DNA of 64,000 nucleotides from contig OZ255836.1 of the NCBI GenBank assembly GCA_965277715.1, forward strand, positions 1,184,001 to 1,248,000, read 5' to 3'. Under the pieces are notes generated by a model. That model had not been told where the DNA came from and did not search any database. It was given only the letters and a program-made list of their open reading frames with translations. Both the position numbers and the translations under genes were made by a program. This DNA is from Gammaproteobacteria bacterium. Lineage in GTDB: Bacteria; Pseudomonadota; Gammaproteobacteria; JBCCGL01. Below are positions 10,659 to 19,350 of the stretch, one piece after another; the first letter of the stretch is position 1, and every line of letters begins with the position of its first letter.

Positions 10659-11612
10659 ATGACACAAAACGTTTCGCCAAAAGCCCAGATCACCCGCCTC
10701 GATCACTACGGCATCATCCGTGGATCAGGTGAACAGGTGAGTACTTTTTTGCAGGGACAGTTCGGCAACGACCTCACACAAGTCGATGCGCAGCACCACC
10801 AGCTCAACTGCTACTCCAATCCAAAAGGGCGTCTGCTCGCTGTGTTTCGGGTATTCGCCGACCGGGATCAATACTACCTGCGGATGCCAAAGGGTATTGT
10901 CGGGGCAACGCTGAACCGTCTGCGGCTATTCGTGTTAATGGCAAAGGTAACACTTGACGATGTCAGCAATAACTATACCGGGCTTGGCGTTTGTGGTGAT
11001 GAGGCGGAAAACGTGATTACCCGTGTGCTGGGCAGTGCCCCCACCGCTATCAACACCTTGCGCACGGTTGATGGTGTCAGTATTTTGCGCGTCCCCGGTA
11101 TTCAAGATCGTTTTGAAATATATGCCGGGCGCCAACAGATCCAATCACTCCAGGACGAGCTGGCGAATCACTGTGAAAGCATTGGCGAAGACGCGTGGAT
11201 GTTAGGGGAAATCACGGCGGGAATCCCCGCTATCTTCACCGAAACACGTGAAGAGTTCGTCGCCCAGATGCTTAACCTCCAGCTTATCGACGCGCTGAGT
11301 TTTAAAAAGGGCTGTTACCCTGGTCAGGAAATTGTTGCGCGTATGCACTACCTGGGTAAGCTCAAGCGCAGGATGTACCTCGCCACACTGGATACCGATA
11401 CCGCACCACCGCCCGGTGCAGAGGTAATCAGCGGTGATAACAGCGCCACAGCGGGCAAAGTGGTGGATGCACGTGCAGTGGCAGGTCAGGCGACACAGGC
11501 ACTCGTGGTACTGACGATTGCCAGCGCCGAGGCAGACAATTTACACCTGGGCACAGTCGATGGCCCAAAAGTGACACTGCAACCCCTACCGTACGCCTTT
11601 ACTTGCGATTAA
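10659..11612 (+). CDS. ygfZ: Folate-binding Fe-S repair protein YgfZ
   Basis: KGCYPGQE signature, FLQGQ, KGR. Confidence 0.93.
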   Translation: MTQNVSPKAQITRLDHYGIIRGSGEQVSTFLQGQFGNDLTQVDAQHHQLNCYSNPKGRLLAVFRVFADRDQYYLRMPKGIVGATLNRLRLFVLMAKVTLDDVSNNYTGLGVCGDEAENVITRVLGSAPTAINTLRTVDGVSILRVPGIQDRFEIYAGRQQIQSLQDELANHCESIGEDAWMLGEITAGIPAIFTETREEFVAQMLNLQLIDALSFKKGCYPGQEIVARMHYLGKLKRRMYLATLDTDTAPPPGAEVISGDNSATAGKVVDARAVAGQATQALVVLTIASAEADNLHLGTVDGPKVTLQPLPYAFTCD

Positions 11613-11635
11613 GAGAACGCTTCGAGTAACCCAAC

Positions 11636-12124
11636 ATGACATTAAAAACAGCCGATCTATGCGACCAATACGACAGTGAAATACAGGTTGTCGAGCCTCT
11701 ACTCTCCGATTTTGGTGGCGAAATCGAATTTTCAGGCGAAATCCACACGGTTAAGGTTTTCGAGGACAATTCACTAATACGCACAGCCCTCGAATCACCG
11801 GGCCACGGAAAAGTGTTGGTCGTCGATGGCGCCGGTTCACTTCGCTGCGCGCTGGTGGGAGGCAATATGGGGGCTATTGGCGAGCAAAATGGCTGGTCTG
11901 GTATCGTTGTGTATGGCTGTATCCGAGATTGCGGGGAAATTGCCGATCAAGGTATCGGCGTTAAGGCACTCGCCACCCACCCACGTCGAAGCGTGAAAAA
12001 AGGCATCGGCGAGGACAGCGTGACCGTGCAGTTTGGCGGCGTTACCTTTCGCCCCGGCGATTACCTGTACGCAGACGAGGACGGCATCATTGTCAGCCCG
12101 CGAAAGTTGACCGGCAACGCGTGA
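11636..12124 (+). CDS. rraA: Ribonuclease E activity regulator RraA / HMG aldolase family
   Basis: TADLCD, EDNSL, VVDGAGSLRCALVG, YADEDG. Confidence 0.92.
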   Translation: MTLKTADLCDQYDSEIQVVEPLLSDFGGEIEFSGEIHTVKVFEDNSLIRTALESPGHGKVLVVDGAGSLRCALVGGNMGAIGEQNGWSGIVVYGCIRDCGEIADQGIGVKALATHPRRSVKKGIGEDSVTVQFGGVTFRPGDYLYADEDGIIVSPRKLTGNA

Positions 12125-12441
12125 TAAAGGTCTACGAAGTCGAAAATATCGTCGATGCACAACTGATTTGCGATTACCTGCGCAGCGATGACATCGACGC
12201 GCAGGTGCACGGTAGCTACCTCAGCGGCGCCGCTGGCGAACTGCCAGTGGGGACAACGCTGAGCATCTGGATACGCGAACCGCTGTATAAACTGCGCGCC
12301 CTTGAACTCATTGGTGGGTTTGAGGCCGAGCGCAAAAAAGCCCCCCGCGATACACAGTGCCAACACTGCGGCGAACAGGTAGAGGGCAACTACGCGCTGT
12401 GCTGGCAATGCGGCAAACCGTTGCCAGAACCGCCGTCATAG
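12121..12441 (+). CDS. DUF2007-like protein with C-terminal zinc ribbon
   Basis: YLSGAAGELP and CQHCGE...CWQCG. Confidence 0.75.
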   Translation: MIKVYEVENIVDAQLICDYLRSDDIDAQVHGSYLSGAAGELPVGTTLSIWIREPLYKLRALELIGGFEAERKKAPRDTQCQHCGEQVEGNYALCWQCGKPLPEPPS

Positions 12442-12546
12442 CGCTTACCTCGTCCTACTCCGACAACAAATATGCTTCAAGGAACTGGCGATGACGCCGC
12501 TAGTTCAAATGAACCTCACGAACAGATGACTGACTCAAAGCCATTG

Positions 12547-12571
12547 AACCTAAGTTCCGCAGTTGAATCGT
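12547..12571. repeat. 25-bp dispersed repeat, copy 1 (AACCTAAGTTCCGCAGTTGAATCGT)
   Basis: Exact match to 25703..25727. Confidence 0.85.
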
Positions 12572-12611
12572 AGCGAGGGCGTCTAAGGTGCTGAATCTGA
12601 TGAGGTATTGT

Positions 12612-12627
12612 AGGCACGCTACGTGCT
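12612..12627 (+). promoter_or_regulatory. Candidate sigma-54 (-24/-12) promoter of the HtrA-like gene
   Basis: AGGCACG-CTAC-GTGCT has the GG-N10-GC spacing of TGGCACG-N4-TTGC and lies ~90 bp upstream of the ATG. Confidence 0.35.
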
Positions 12628-12635
12628 TATAAAAT

Positions 12636-12683
12636 CTAGACTCCATCTATTTACTTTTATGCAAGTTAATACATGGGGTCTAG
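12636..12683. repeat. 48-bp palindromic REP/MITE-like repeat, copy 1
   Basis: CTAGACTCCATCTATTTACTTTTATGCAAGTTAATACATGGGGTCTAG; similar to 57214..57261. Confidence 0.85.
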
Positions 12684-12717
12684 CGTTATTTCCTGAATAA
12701 GCCAGGAGGGAAGCGAG

Positions 12718-14259
12718 ATGATATATGCAAACAGACGATATGCTGGATCATTAATCGGCACAGCACTGCTAACCGGCGGCTTGCTGACCGTGCTCTTTTT
12801 CCACTTCACCCAACCCCGCAGTGTCGATACCGAGGCAATGCGCGATGTATCCGTCTCAATTCGCACCATTTCGCATGTCAGTACCGACTCGTATGGCGAT
12901 ACCGTGTGGGCGCCCAGTACGGGCTCGGGGTTTTTAGTGTCAAATGAAACCTGTGAGGTGTGGACCAATCACCACGTTATCGACGGTGCCGCTGTGGTCG
13001 AGGTTTTTCCCCGTGGTTGGCAACAGTCTCATGGCATACCCGCCAGGGTGATTAATTCGACCCCGCAGATGGATGTCGCCATCCTGGAAATGGATCATTG
13101 CGAAGGCATGCCTGCGGCAAAACTGGGTGATTCCAGGCAGGTCGTCACGGGCGACGAGACATTTGTTGTAGGCAATCCATTTGGCCGTAACCCGGATTCA
13201 GTAAGCCGGGGCATTATCTCGCACACCGAGCGCTACCTGGCGGCGCCCGCCGCCTACTTCCAGACCGATGCGGCAATCAACCCCGGCAACTCCGGGGGTG
13301 CTCTGTTTGATCGCAACGGCGTTGCCATTGGCCTGACAACCGCCATCGCCAACAATAAATCGGGTAGTAACGTCGGTATCGGCTATGCCTTGCCGGTGAA
13401 CGACGTGATCCAGGTTGTGGCTAAATTGCGCGCCGGGCCACCGAGCTGGGGTGACGCCGGGCTGGACGGCGCACTCGCGGCCCTCACCGCAGAGGAAGCG
13501 GCTATTTTCAACGTACCCGGCGGGGGTGCGGCGGTTAGCGTTATGCGCTCACCAGCGGAAGGCCCCAGCGCCAACCTGCTCGTTGCCCGGGATGTGATTT
13601 ACCGGATAGACCAGCAAACGTTCACCAATCCGGCCCATGCGCACAGAATCATTGGCCGCAAAAGCCCTGGGGATAAAATCGATTTCTCACTGATTCGCAA
13701 CGGTGACTTAAAAACGGTAACAGTCACCCTGGCCGATGGCTGGGACAAGCGCAAGCAGACCACGCAAACAGCGGAAACCTACCAAGGGGTATTGGGTATG
13801 GAGCTGGAAATGTGGGAGGATGACAACAGCTTTCGCGGTCAGTACAGCTCGCCGGTGATAACCAGGATTCATAGTCTAGGCCCCGCTCATCGTGGTTACA
13901 TCACCAGCTCGCAGTCATCCATAGCCCGGCGTGGCCCGGTTATCACACCGATTCAGCTCAACGTTAGAACAGTAACCGGCACGGTGTTGAAGGGCCGGTA
14001 TCAGGCTGTATCGGATATTTCCAGTTTGAATGCGATAGCGGAAGAGGCCCATCAACTGGAAAGCCCGCTTTTATTGGAAATTGAAAGCTGGGGGCGCAAC
14101 CCCGCCGATATCAACGAACCGCTGCACCACAGCACCACAGCGTTTTACCGGATCATGCCCACCCTCAGCCCTGACCAGATCGATATAGACGAGCAGGCTG
14201 ATGATCTACCCGACACCTGGCACGCCGGCCATGAACAGAATGCATCGCACCGTTTGTGA
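12718..14259 (+). CDS. HtrA/DegP-like trypsin serine protease with PDZ domain
   Basis: N-terminal TM, GSGF, TNHHV, DVA, QTDAAINPGNSGG triad motifs, PDZ-like region. Confidence 0.85.
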   Translation: MIYANRRYAGSLIGTALLTGGLLTVLFFHFTQPRSVDTEAMRDVSVSIRTISHVSTDSYGDTVWAPSTGSGFLVSNETCEVWTNHHVIDGAAVVEVFPRGWQQSHGIPARVINSTPQMDVAILEMDHCEGMPAAKLGDSRQVVTGDETFVVGNPFGRNPDSVSRGIISHTERYLAAPAAYFQTDAAINPGNSGGALFDRNGVAIGLTTAIANNKSGSNVGIGYALPVNDVIQVVAKLRAGPPSWGDAGLDGALAALTAEEAAIFNVPGGGAAVSVMRSPAEGPSANLLVARDVIYRIDQQTFTNPAHAHRIIGRKSPGDKIDFSLIRNGDLKTVTVTLADGWDKRKQTTQTAETYQGVLGMELEMWEDDNSFRGQYSSPVITRIHSLGPAHRGYITSSQSSIARRGPVITPIQLNVRTVTGTVLKGRYQAVSDISSLNAIAEEAHQLESPLLLEIESWGRNPADINEPLHHSTTAFYRIMPTLSPDQIDIDEQADDLPDTWHAGHEQNASHRL

Positions 14260-14273
14260 TGTATGCAAATGGC

Positions 14274-15770
14274 TTAGGCAGAGTGGTGCTCAGGCCGCAT
14301 ATGGGGAAACAAAATCACATCGCGAATCGACGCTGAATCGGTAAAAAACATCACTAAGCGATCGATACCAATACCGCCACCCGAATTGGGTGGCAAACCA
14401 TATTCCAAGGCGCGGATATAGTCTGCGTCAAAATACATCGCCTCATCATCACCGGCATCCTTTTGCTCCACCTGCTCGCGAAAGCGCATTACCTGATCTT
14501 CTGCATCGTTTAACTCAGAAAACCCATTGGCAATCTCCCGGCCCCCAATAAACAGTTCAAACCGCTCGGTAACATCGGGGTTATCATCACTGCGGCGCGA
14601 CAGCGGTGATACCTCAGTGGGGTATTCGGTAATAAATGTCGGGTGGCGCAGCTTATCCTCAACCAGAACATCGAACAGCTCCATCTGGATTTTACCCAGG
14701 CCGTGCTCGGCTTTAACTTCAATATTGTGTTGCTCCGCCAGGGCTTTCGCCGCTTCGCGGGTAGCGAGATCATCGGCTGATATATTCGGGGCATAATGCA
14801 GAATAGATTCAATCAGCGGCAGACGGTCAAATGGCCTGCCAAAATCCAGCGCCTCGCCCTGGTAACTGATTTCAGTCGTGCCCAATACCGACTGCGCCAT
14901 ACTGCGGATCATGTCTTCGGTCATATCCATATAACCGTGGTAATCGACGTATGCCTCGTTGTATTCGAGCATCGTAAACTCGGGGTTATGCCGGGTAGAT
15001 AACCCCTCGTTGCGAAAGATGCGGTTTAACTCGTAGACCTTATCGAGACCACCGACCAGGCAACGCTTAATCGGCAGCTCCTGGGCAATGCGCAAATACA
15101 AATCCATATCCAGCGCGTTGTGGTGGGTGATAAAGGGCTTTGCCGCCGCACCACCGGGAATCACCTGCATCATCGGTGATTCAATTTCCAGGTAACCCCG
15201 CTGATCCAAAAAGCGGCGAAGGTAGGCAATCATCGCGGCACGAATGCGAAAGGTACGGCGCGTATCGTCATTGATAATAAGATCGACATAACGCTGCCGA
15301 TAGCGCTGCTCCTGATCGGTGAGGCCATGCCACTTCTCCGGCAGCGGGCGCAGCGACTTCGTCAACAGGCGCAAACGGGACACACGCACCGACAGCTCAC
15401 CGGTTTTAGTGATAAACAGCGTACCCTCGGCACCGAGAATATCGCCGACATCCATCTGCTTAAAATCCTGATAGGCATCGACACCCAGCGCATCGCGTTG
15501 CAAAAACAGTTGAATACGGGCGCTGGAATCCTGGATTTTGCAAAAGCTCGCCTTGCCCATCACACGCTTGACCAACATACGCCCGGCGACACTGACCTCG
15601 ACCGTATTGTCGTCAAAATAGGCCGGGTCTTTTTCCGCATAACCGGACAACAGATCGGCCGCCTCCTGCTTGCGCCGAAAGTCATTCGGGAAAGGGTTAC
15701 CGCGTTCGCGCAGGGCACTGAGCTTTTCCCGGCGCTGGGCAATTAATGTATTTTCGTCTTGGTCTGACAT
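14274..15770 (-). CDS. lysS: Lysine--tRNA ligase (class II)
   Basis: [36 protein letters not shown]; downstream of prfB. Confidence 0.97.
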   Translation of the reverse strand: MSDQDENTLIAQRREKLSALRERGNPFPNDFRRKQEAADLLSGYAEKDPAYFDDNTVEVSVAGRMLVKRVMGKASFCKIQDSSARIQLFLQRDALGVDAYQDFKQMDVGDILGAEGTLFITKTGELSVRVSRLRLLTKSLRPLPEKWHGLTDQEQRYRQRYVDLIINDDTRRTFRIRAAMIAYLRRFLDQRGYLEIESPMMQVIPGGAAAKPFITHHNALDMDLYLRIAQELPIKRCLVGGLDKVYELNRIFRNEGLSTRHNPEFTMLEYNEAYVDYHGYMDMTEDMIRSMAQSVLGTTEISYQGEALDFGRPFDRLPLIESILHYAPNISADDLATREAAKALAEQHNIEVKAEHGLGKIQMELFDVLVEDKLRHPTFITEYPTEVSPLSRRSDDNPDVTERFELFIGGREIANGFSELNDAEDQVMRFREQVEQKDAGDDEAMYFDADYIRALEYGLPPNSGGGIGIDRLVMFFTDSASIRDVILFPHMRPEHHSA

Positions 15771-15777
15771 GATTAAC

Positions 15778-16876
15778 CTATAAACCTGATTTCAAACTGG
15801 CTTCAATAAAGGGATCGAGCGCGCCATCGAGCACCGCCTGGGTATTGCCGGTCTCCACGCCGGTGCGCAAGTCTTTGATCCGTGCGGCATCGAGCACATA
15901 CGAGCGAATCTGGCTGCCCCAGCCAATATCTGACTTGCTCTCCTCCAGCGCCTGCTGATCGCCCATCTGCTTCATCTTCTCCATTTCATAAAGCCTGGAT
16001 TTGAGTTGCTTCATCGCCGTCGCTTTATTTTTGTGCTGGGACCGATCATTCTGACACTGCACCACAATACCGCTCGGGGCGTGGGTGATGCGCACCGCCG
16101 ATTCGGTGCGGTTGACGTGCTGCCCACCGGCACCACTGGCGCGGTAGACATCAATGCGCAAATCGGCGGGGTTAATGTCTATATCGATATTATCGTCGAC
16201 CTCTGGCGAGGCAAACACCGCCGCAAATGACGTGTGCCGCCGACTGCCCGAGTCAAAAGGGGATTTGCGCACCAGCCGGTGCACCCCCGTTTCAGTCCGC
16301 AGCCAACCAAAGGCATAGTCGCCGACATAGCGCACCGTGGCACTCTTAATACCCGCCACATCACCGGGGGATGCTTCGATAATCTCCGTTTTAAACCCAT
16401 GCTGCTCACCCCAGCGCAGGTACATCCGCAGCAGCATCTCCGCCCAATCCTGCGCCTCGGTGCCACCAGAGCCGGACTGAATATCCAGAAACGCATTACT
16501 GGCATCCTGCTCGCCGGAAAACATACGCTGAAACTCCAGCTCGACAACCCGCGCCTCGCACGCCGCGACATCCTCCGCCACCGAGGCCAGCGTCGCCTCA
16601 TCCTCTTCTTCACGGGCGAGTGCAATCAGCTCAAACCCATCATCCAGCCCTGTTGAAATCTCATCCAGCCCCTCGACCACCGTGGCCAACATCGCCCGTT
16701 CCCTGCCCAGCGCCTGGGCCTGCTCGGGGTTATTCCATATCGTTGGGTTTTCCAGCTCCCTCAATACCTCTTCGAGGCGCTCTTTGCGGCCAGCGTAGTC
16801 AAAGATACCCCCTAAGGGAGCCAACACGCGCCCGCAAGTCATCGATTTGATAGGTTAATGGGTTGGTTTCCAACAT
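15778..16876 (-). CDS. prfB: Peptide chain release factor 2 (programmed +1 frameshift)
   Basis: SPF and GGQ motifs. The upstream frame [25 protein letters not shown] joins through AGGGGGTATCTTTGAC. Confidence 0.96.
16798..16813 (-). promoter_or_regulatory. prfB +1 frameshift signal (internal SD AGGGGG + CTT TGA C)
   Basis: Exact match to the canonical RF2 autoregulatory site. Confidence 0.95.
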
Positions 16877-16961
16877 GCTGTGCTCTGCGCAAAAAGAGCG
16901 GTATGGTACACCATTGTGGGGTGGGTATTACACAACGCTGTTTGATAATATATTGGCATAT

Positions 16962-16997
16962 AGTAACTTTTGGTTGCATTGTTAAACCAAAAGTTAC
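16962..16997. terminator. Inverted repeat between the WD40 gene and prfB (possible terminator)
   Basis: GTAACTTTTGGTT...AACCAAAAGTTAC, 13-bp arms. Confidence 0.4.
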
Positions 16998-17085
16998 ATT
17001 TCAATATTGCCACTGTATTTCCCTTTGGTGACGCGTCTGTATAGTGAAGCTTCAGCGCCTTTGAAACGCTAACGAGCGCCCGTAA

Positions 17086-19350
17086 TTAAGCCAACCTCCT
17101 AAGCCGCAAGTACCGACCAGTCGCTTCCCACTCAACATTTTCGGGATTCGCCCAAAAGCGTCGTGCTACAAACGCTGGTTGTGCACCGCCTTCATGGTGC
17201 ATATGCAATACTTCGGCGATGGCTGGGTCGGCGGGTAAACGCACCCCATCGACCCACTCACTGCGCAGCGCTTGCCCGTCACTGCGCCCCACCGTCATCG
17301 TTTCGCTACACCACCTCTCACCCTCTCCGGCGCGCACCTGCTCTATCACCACATCCGCCTGCGCACGGTGGTAAAACACCTGGCGGCGATTCGGTTCATC
17401 GGGAAAAAATTTTCCGCCGCCCGCCCACCCGCCCCACAACACCGAGCACCCTTGATCGGCGACCACTACATGGAATACCGGGTCATTAGTCGTCTCCCAG
17501 CTTAGCTCGCACTCCCCGGCCAGCGACCACACTTTCACCATCTTATCCAAACTCCCCGATACCACTCGACCATCGCCCAAGACCGCAACACTATTCACAC
17601 TAGACTCATGCCCGCTGAGCGTTAGCTCGCACGCCCCGCTAACCAGCGACCACACTTTCACCGTCTTATCCAAACTCCCCGATACCACTTGACTATCGCC
17701 CAAGACCGCAACACTATTCACACCAGACTCATGCCCGCTGAGCGTTAGCTCGCACGCCCCGCTAACCAGCGACCACACTTTCACCGTTCCATCATCACGC
17801 CCCGATACCACTCGACCATCGTCCAAGACCGCAACACTATTCACACCAGACTCATGCCCGCTGAGCGTTAGCTCGCACGCCCCGCTGGCCAGCGACCACA
17901 CCTTCACCGTTCCATCATCACTCCCCGATACCACTCGACCATCGACCAAGACCGCAACACTATTCACACCAGACTCATGCCCGCTGAGCGTTAGCTCGCA
18001 CGCCCCGCTGGCTAGCGACCACACTTTCACCGTCTTATCAACACTCCCCGATACCACTCGACCATCGCCCAAGACCGCAACACTATTCACACTAGACTCA
18101 TGCCCGCTGAGCGTTAGCTCACACGCCCTGCTGGCCAGCGACCACACTTTCACCGTCTTATCCAAACTCCCCGATACCACTCGACCATCGCCCAAGACCG
18201 CAACACTATTCACACCAGACTCATGCCCGCTGAGCGTTAGCTCGCACGCCCCGCTGGCCAGCGACCACACTTTCACCGTCTTATCATCACTCCCCGATAC
18301 CACTCGACCATCGCCCAAGACCGCAACACTTCTCACATAATCACTGTGCTCGCTGAGCGTTAGCTCGCACGCCCCGCTGGCCAGCGACCACACTTTCACC
18401 GTCTTATCATCACTCCCCGATACCACTCGACCATCGCCCAAGACCGCAACACTCATCACACCTCCACTATGCCCGCTGAGCGTTAGCTCGCACGCCCCAC
18501 TGGCCAGCGACCACACCTTCACCGTTCCATCAAAACTCCCTGATACCACTCGACCATCGCCCAAGACCCCAACACTCATCACACCTCCACTATGCCCGCT
18601 GAGCGTTAGCTCACACACCCCGCTGGCCAGCGACCACACTTTCACCGTCTTATCAACACTCCCCGATACCACTCGACCATCGCCCAAGACCCCAACACTT
18701 CTCACCCAATCAGTATGCCCGCTGAGCGTTAGCTCGCACGCCCCGCTGGCCAGCGACCACACTTTCACCGTCTTATCCAAACTCCCCGATACCACTCGAC
18801 CATCGCCCAAGACCGCGACACTCATCACACCTCCACTATGCCCGCTGAGCGTTAGCTCGCACGCCCCGCTGGCCAGCGACCACACCTTCACCGTTCCATC
18901 AGCACTCCCCGATACCACTCGACCATCGCCCAAGACCGCAACACTATTCACACTAGACTCATGCCCGCTGAGCGTTAGCTCGCACGCCCCGCTGGCCAGC
19001 GACCACACTTTCACCGTTCCATCATCACTCCCCGATACCACTCGACCATCGCCCAAGACCGCAACACTCTTCACATAATCACTGTGCCCATGTTCGTTAG
19101 GGTGCACTACGCCAGTATCCGCCGGGGTTTGGCCGATATTGCTGTGCAGTGTATCGGCGAATCGGGGGGGTAGCGCCGCATTGAGTGTGTCCGGCAGTTG
19201 CAAGCCACGAAGGTAAACATCGTTTAGCGCACCCTTTGGCAAAGTAATGCCCTCGCCACCAATATCCTGCCACTCGATAGGGCGTGGCAGTCGATAGGGC
19301 GGATTGAGTTTGCGGCATAGCAATGCTAGAGCCTGGCCGGTGTTAGTCAT
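17086..19350 (-). CDS. WD40 protein with 13 near-identical 41-aa repeats, flanked by FGE-sulfatase-like segments
   Basis: GH...V.SVAVLGDGRVVSGS.D.TVKVW repeats. ATG at 19350 has an AGGAGG SD and overlaps the KAP stop codon. Confidence 0.92.
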   Translation of the reverse strand: MTNTGQALALLCRKLNPPYRLPRPIEWQDIGGEGITLPKGALNDVYLRGLQLPDTLNAALPPRFADTLHSNIGQTPADTGVVHPNEHGHSDYVKSVAVLGDGRVVSGSDDGTVKVWSLASGACELTLSGHESSVNSVAVLGDGRVVSGSADGTVKVWSLASGACELTLSGHSGGVMSVAVLGDGRVVSGSLDKTVKVWSLASGACELTLSGHTDWVRSVGVLGDGRVVSGSVDKTVKVWSLASGVCELTLSGHSGGVMSVGVLGDGRVVSGSFDGTVKVWSLASGACELTLSGHSGGVMSVAVLGDGRVVSGSDDKTVKVWSLASGACELTLSEHSDYVRSVAVLGDGRVVSGSDDKTVKVWSLASGACELTLSGHESGVNSVAVLGDGRVVSGSLDKTVKVWSLASRACELTLSGHESSVNSVAVLGDGRVVSGSVDKTVKVWSLASGACELTLSGHESGVNSVAVLVDGRVVSGSDDGTVKVWSLASGACELTLSGHESGVNSVAVLDDGRVVSGRDDGTVKVWSLVSGACELTLSGHESGVNSVAVLGDSQVVSGSLDKTVKVWSLVSGACELTLSGHESSVNSVAVLGDGRVVSGSLDKMVKVWSLAGECELSWETTNDPVFHVVVADQGCSVLWGGWAGGGKFFPDEPNRRQVFYHRAQADVVIEQVRAGEGERWCSETMTVGRSDGQALRSEWVDGVRLPADPAIAEVLHMHHEGGAQPAFVARRFWANPENVEWEATGRYLRLRRLA
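17500..19089 (-). repeat. Intragenic tandem array of 13 x 123-bp units
   Basis: Period of 123 bp (e.g. GTTAGCTC at 17621 and 17744); nucleotide-level near identity outside the variable cassettes. Confidence 0.95.

Noticed and set aside
17030-17085. Hairpin after the WD40 gene as an integron attC site
   Set aside because: No properly placed complementary RYYYAAC/GTTRRRY boxes, no repetition after neighbouring genes, and no intI
17500-19089. Regular repeat with variable segments could be mistaken for a CRISPR array
   Set aside because: The period is 123 bp (41 codons), it is fully in frame as WD40 repeats, the variable parts are only a few codons and recur, and no cas genes are present
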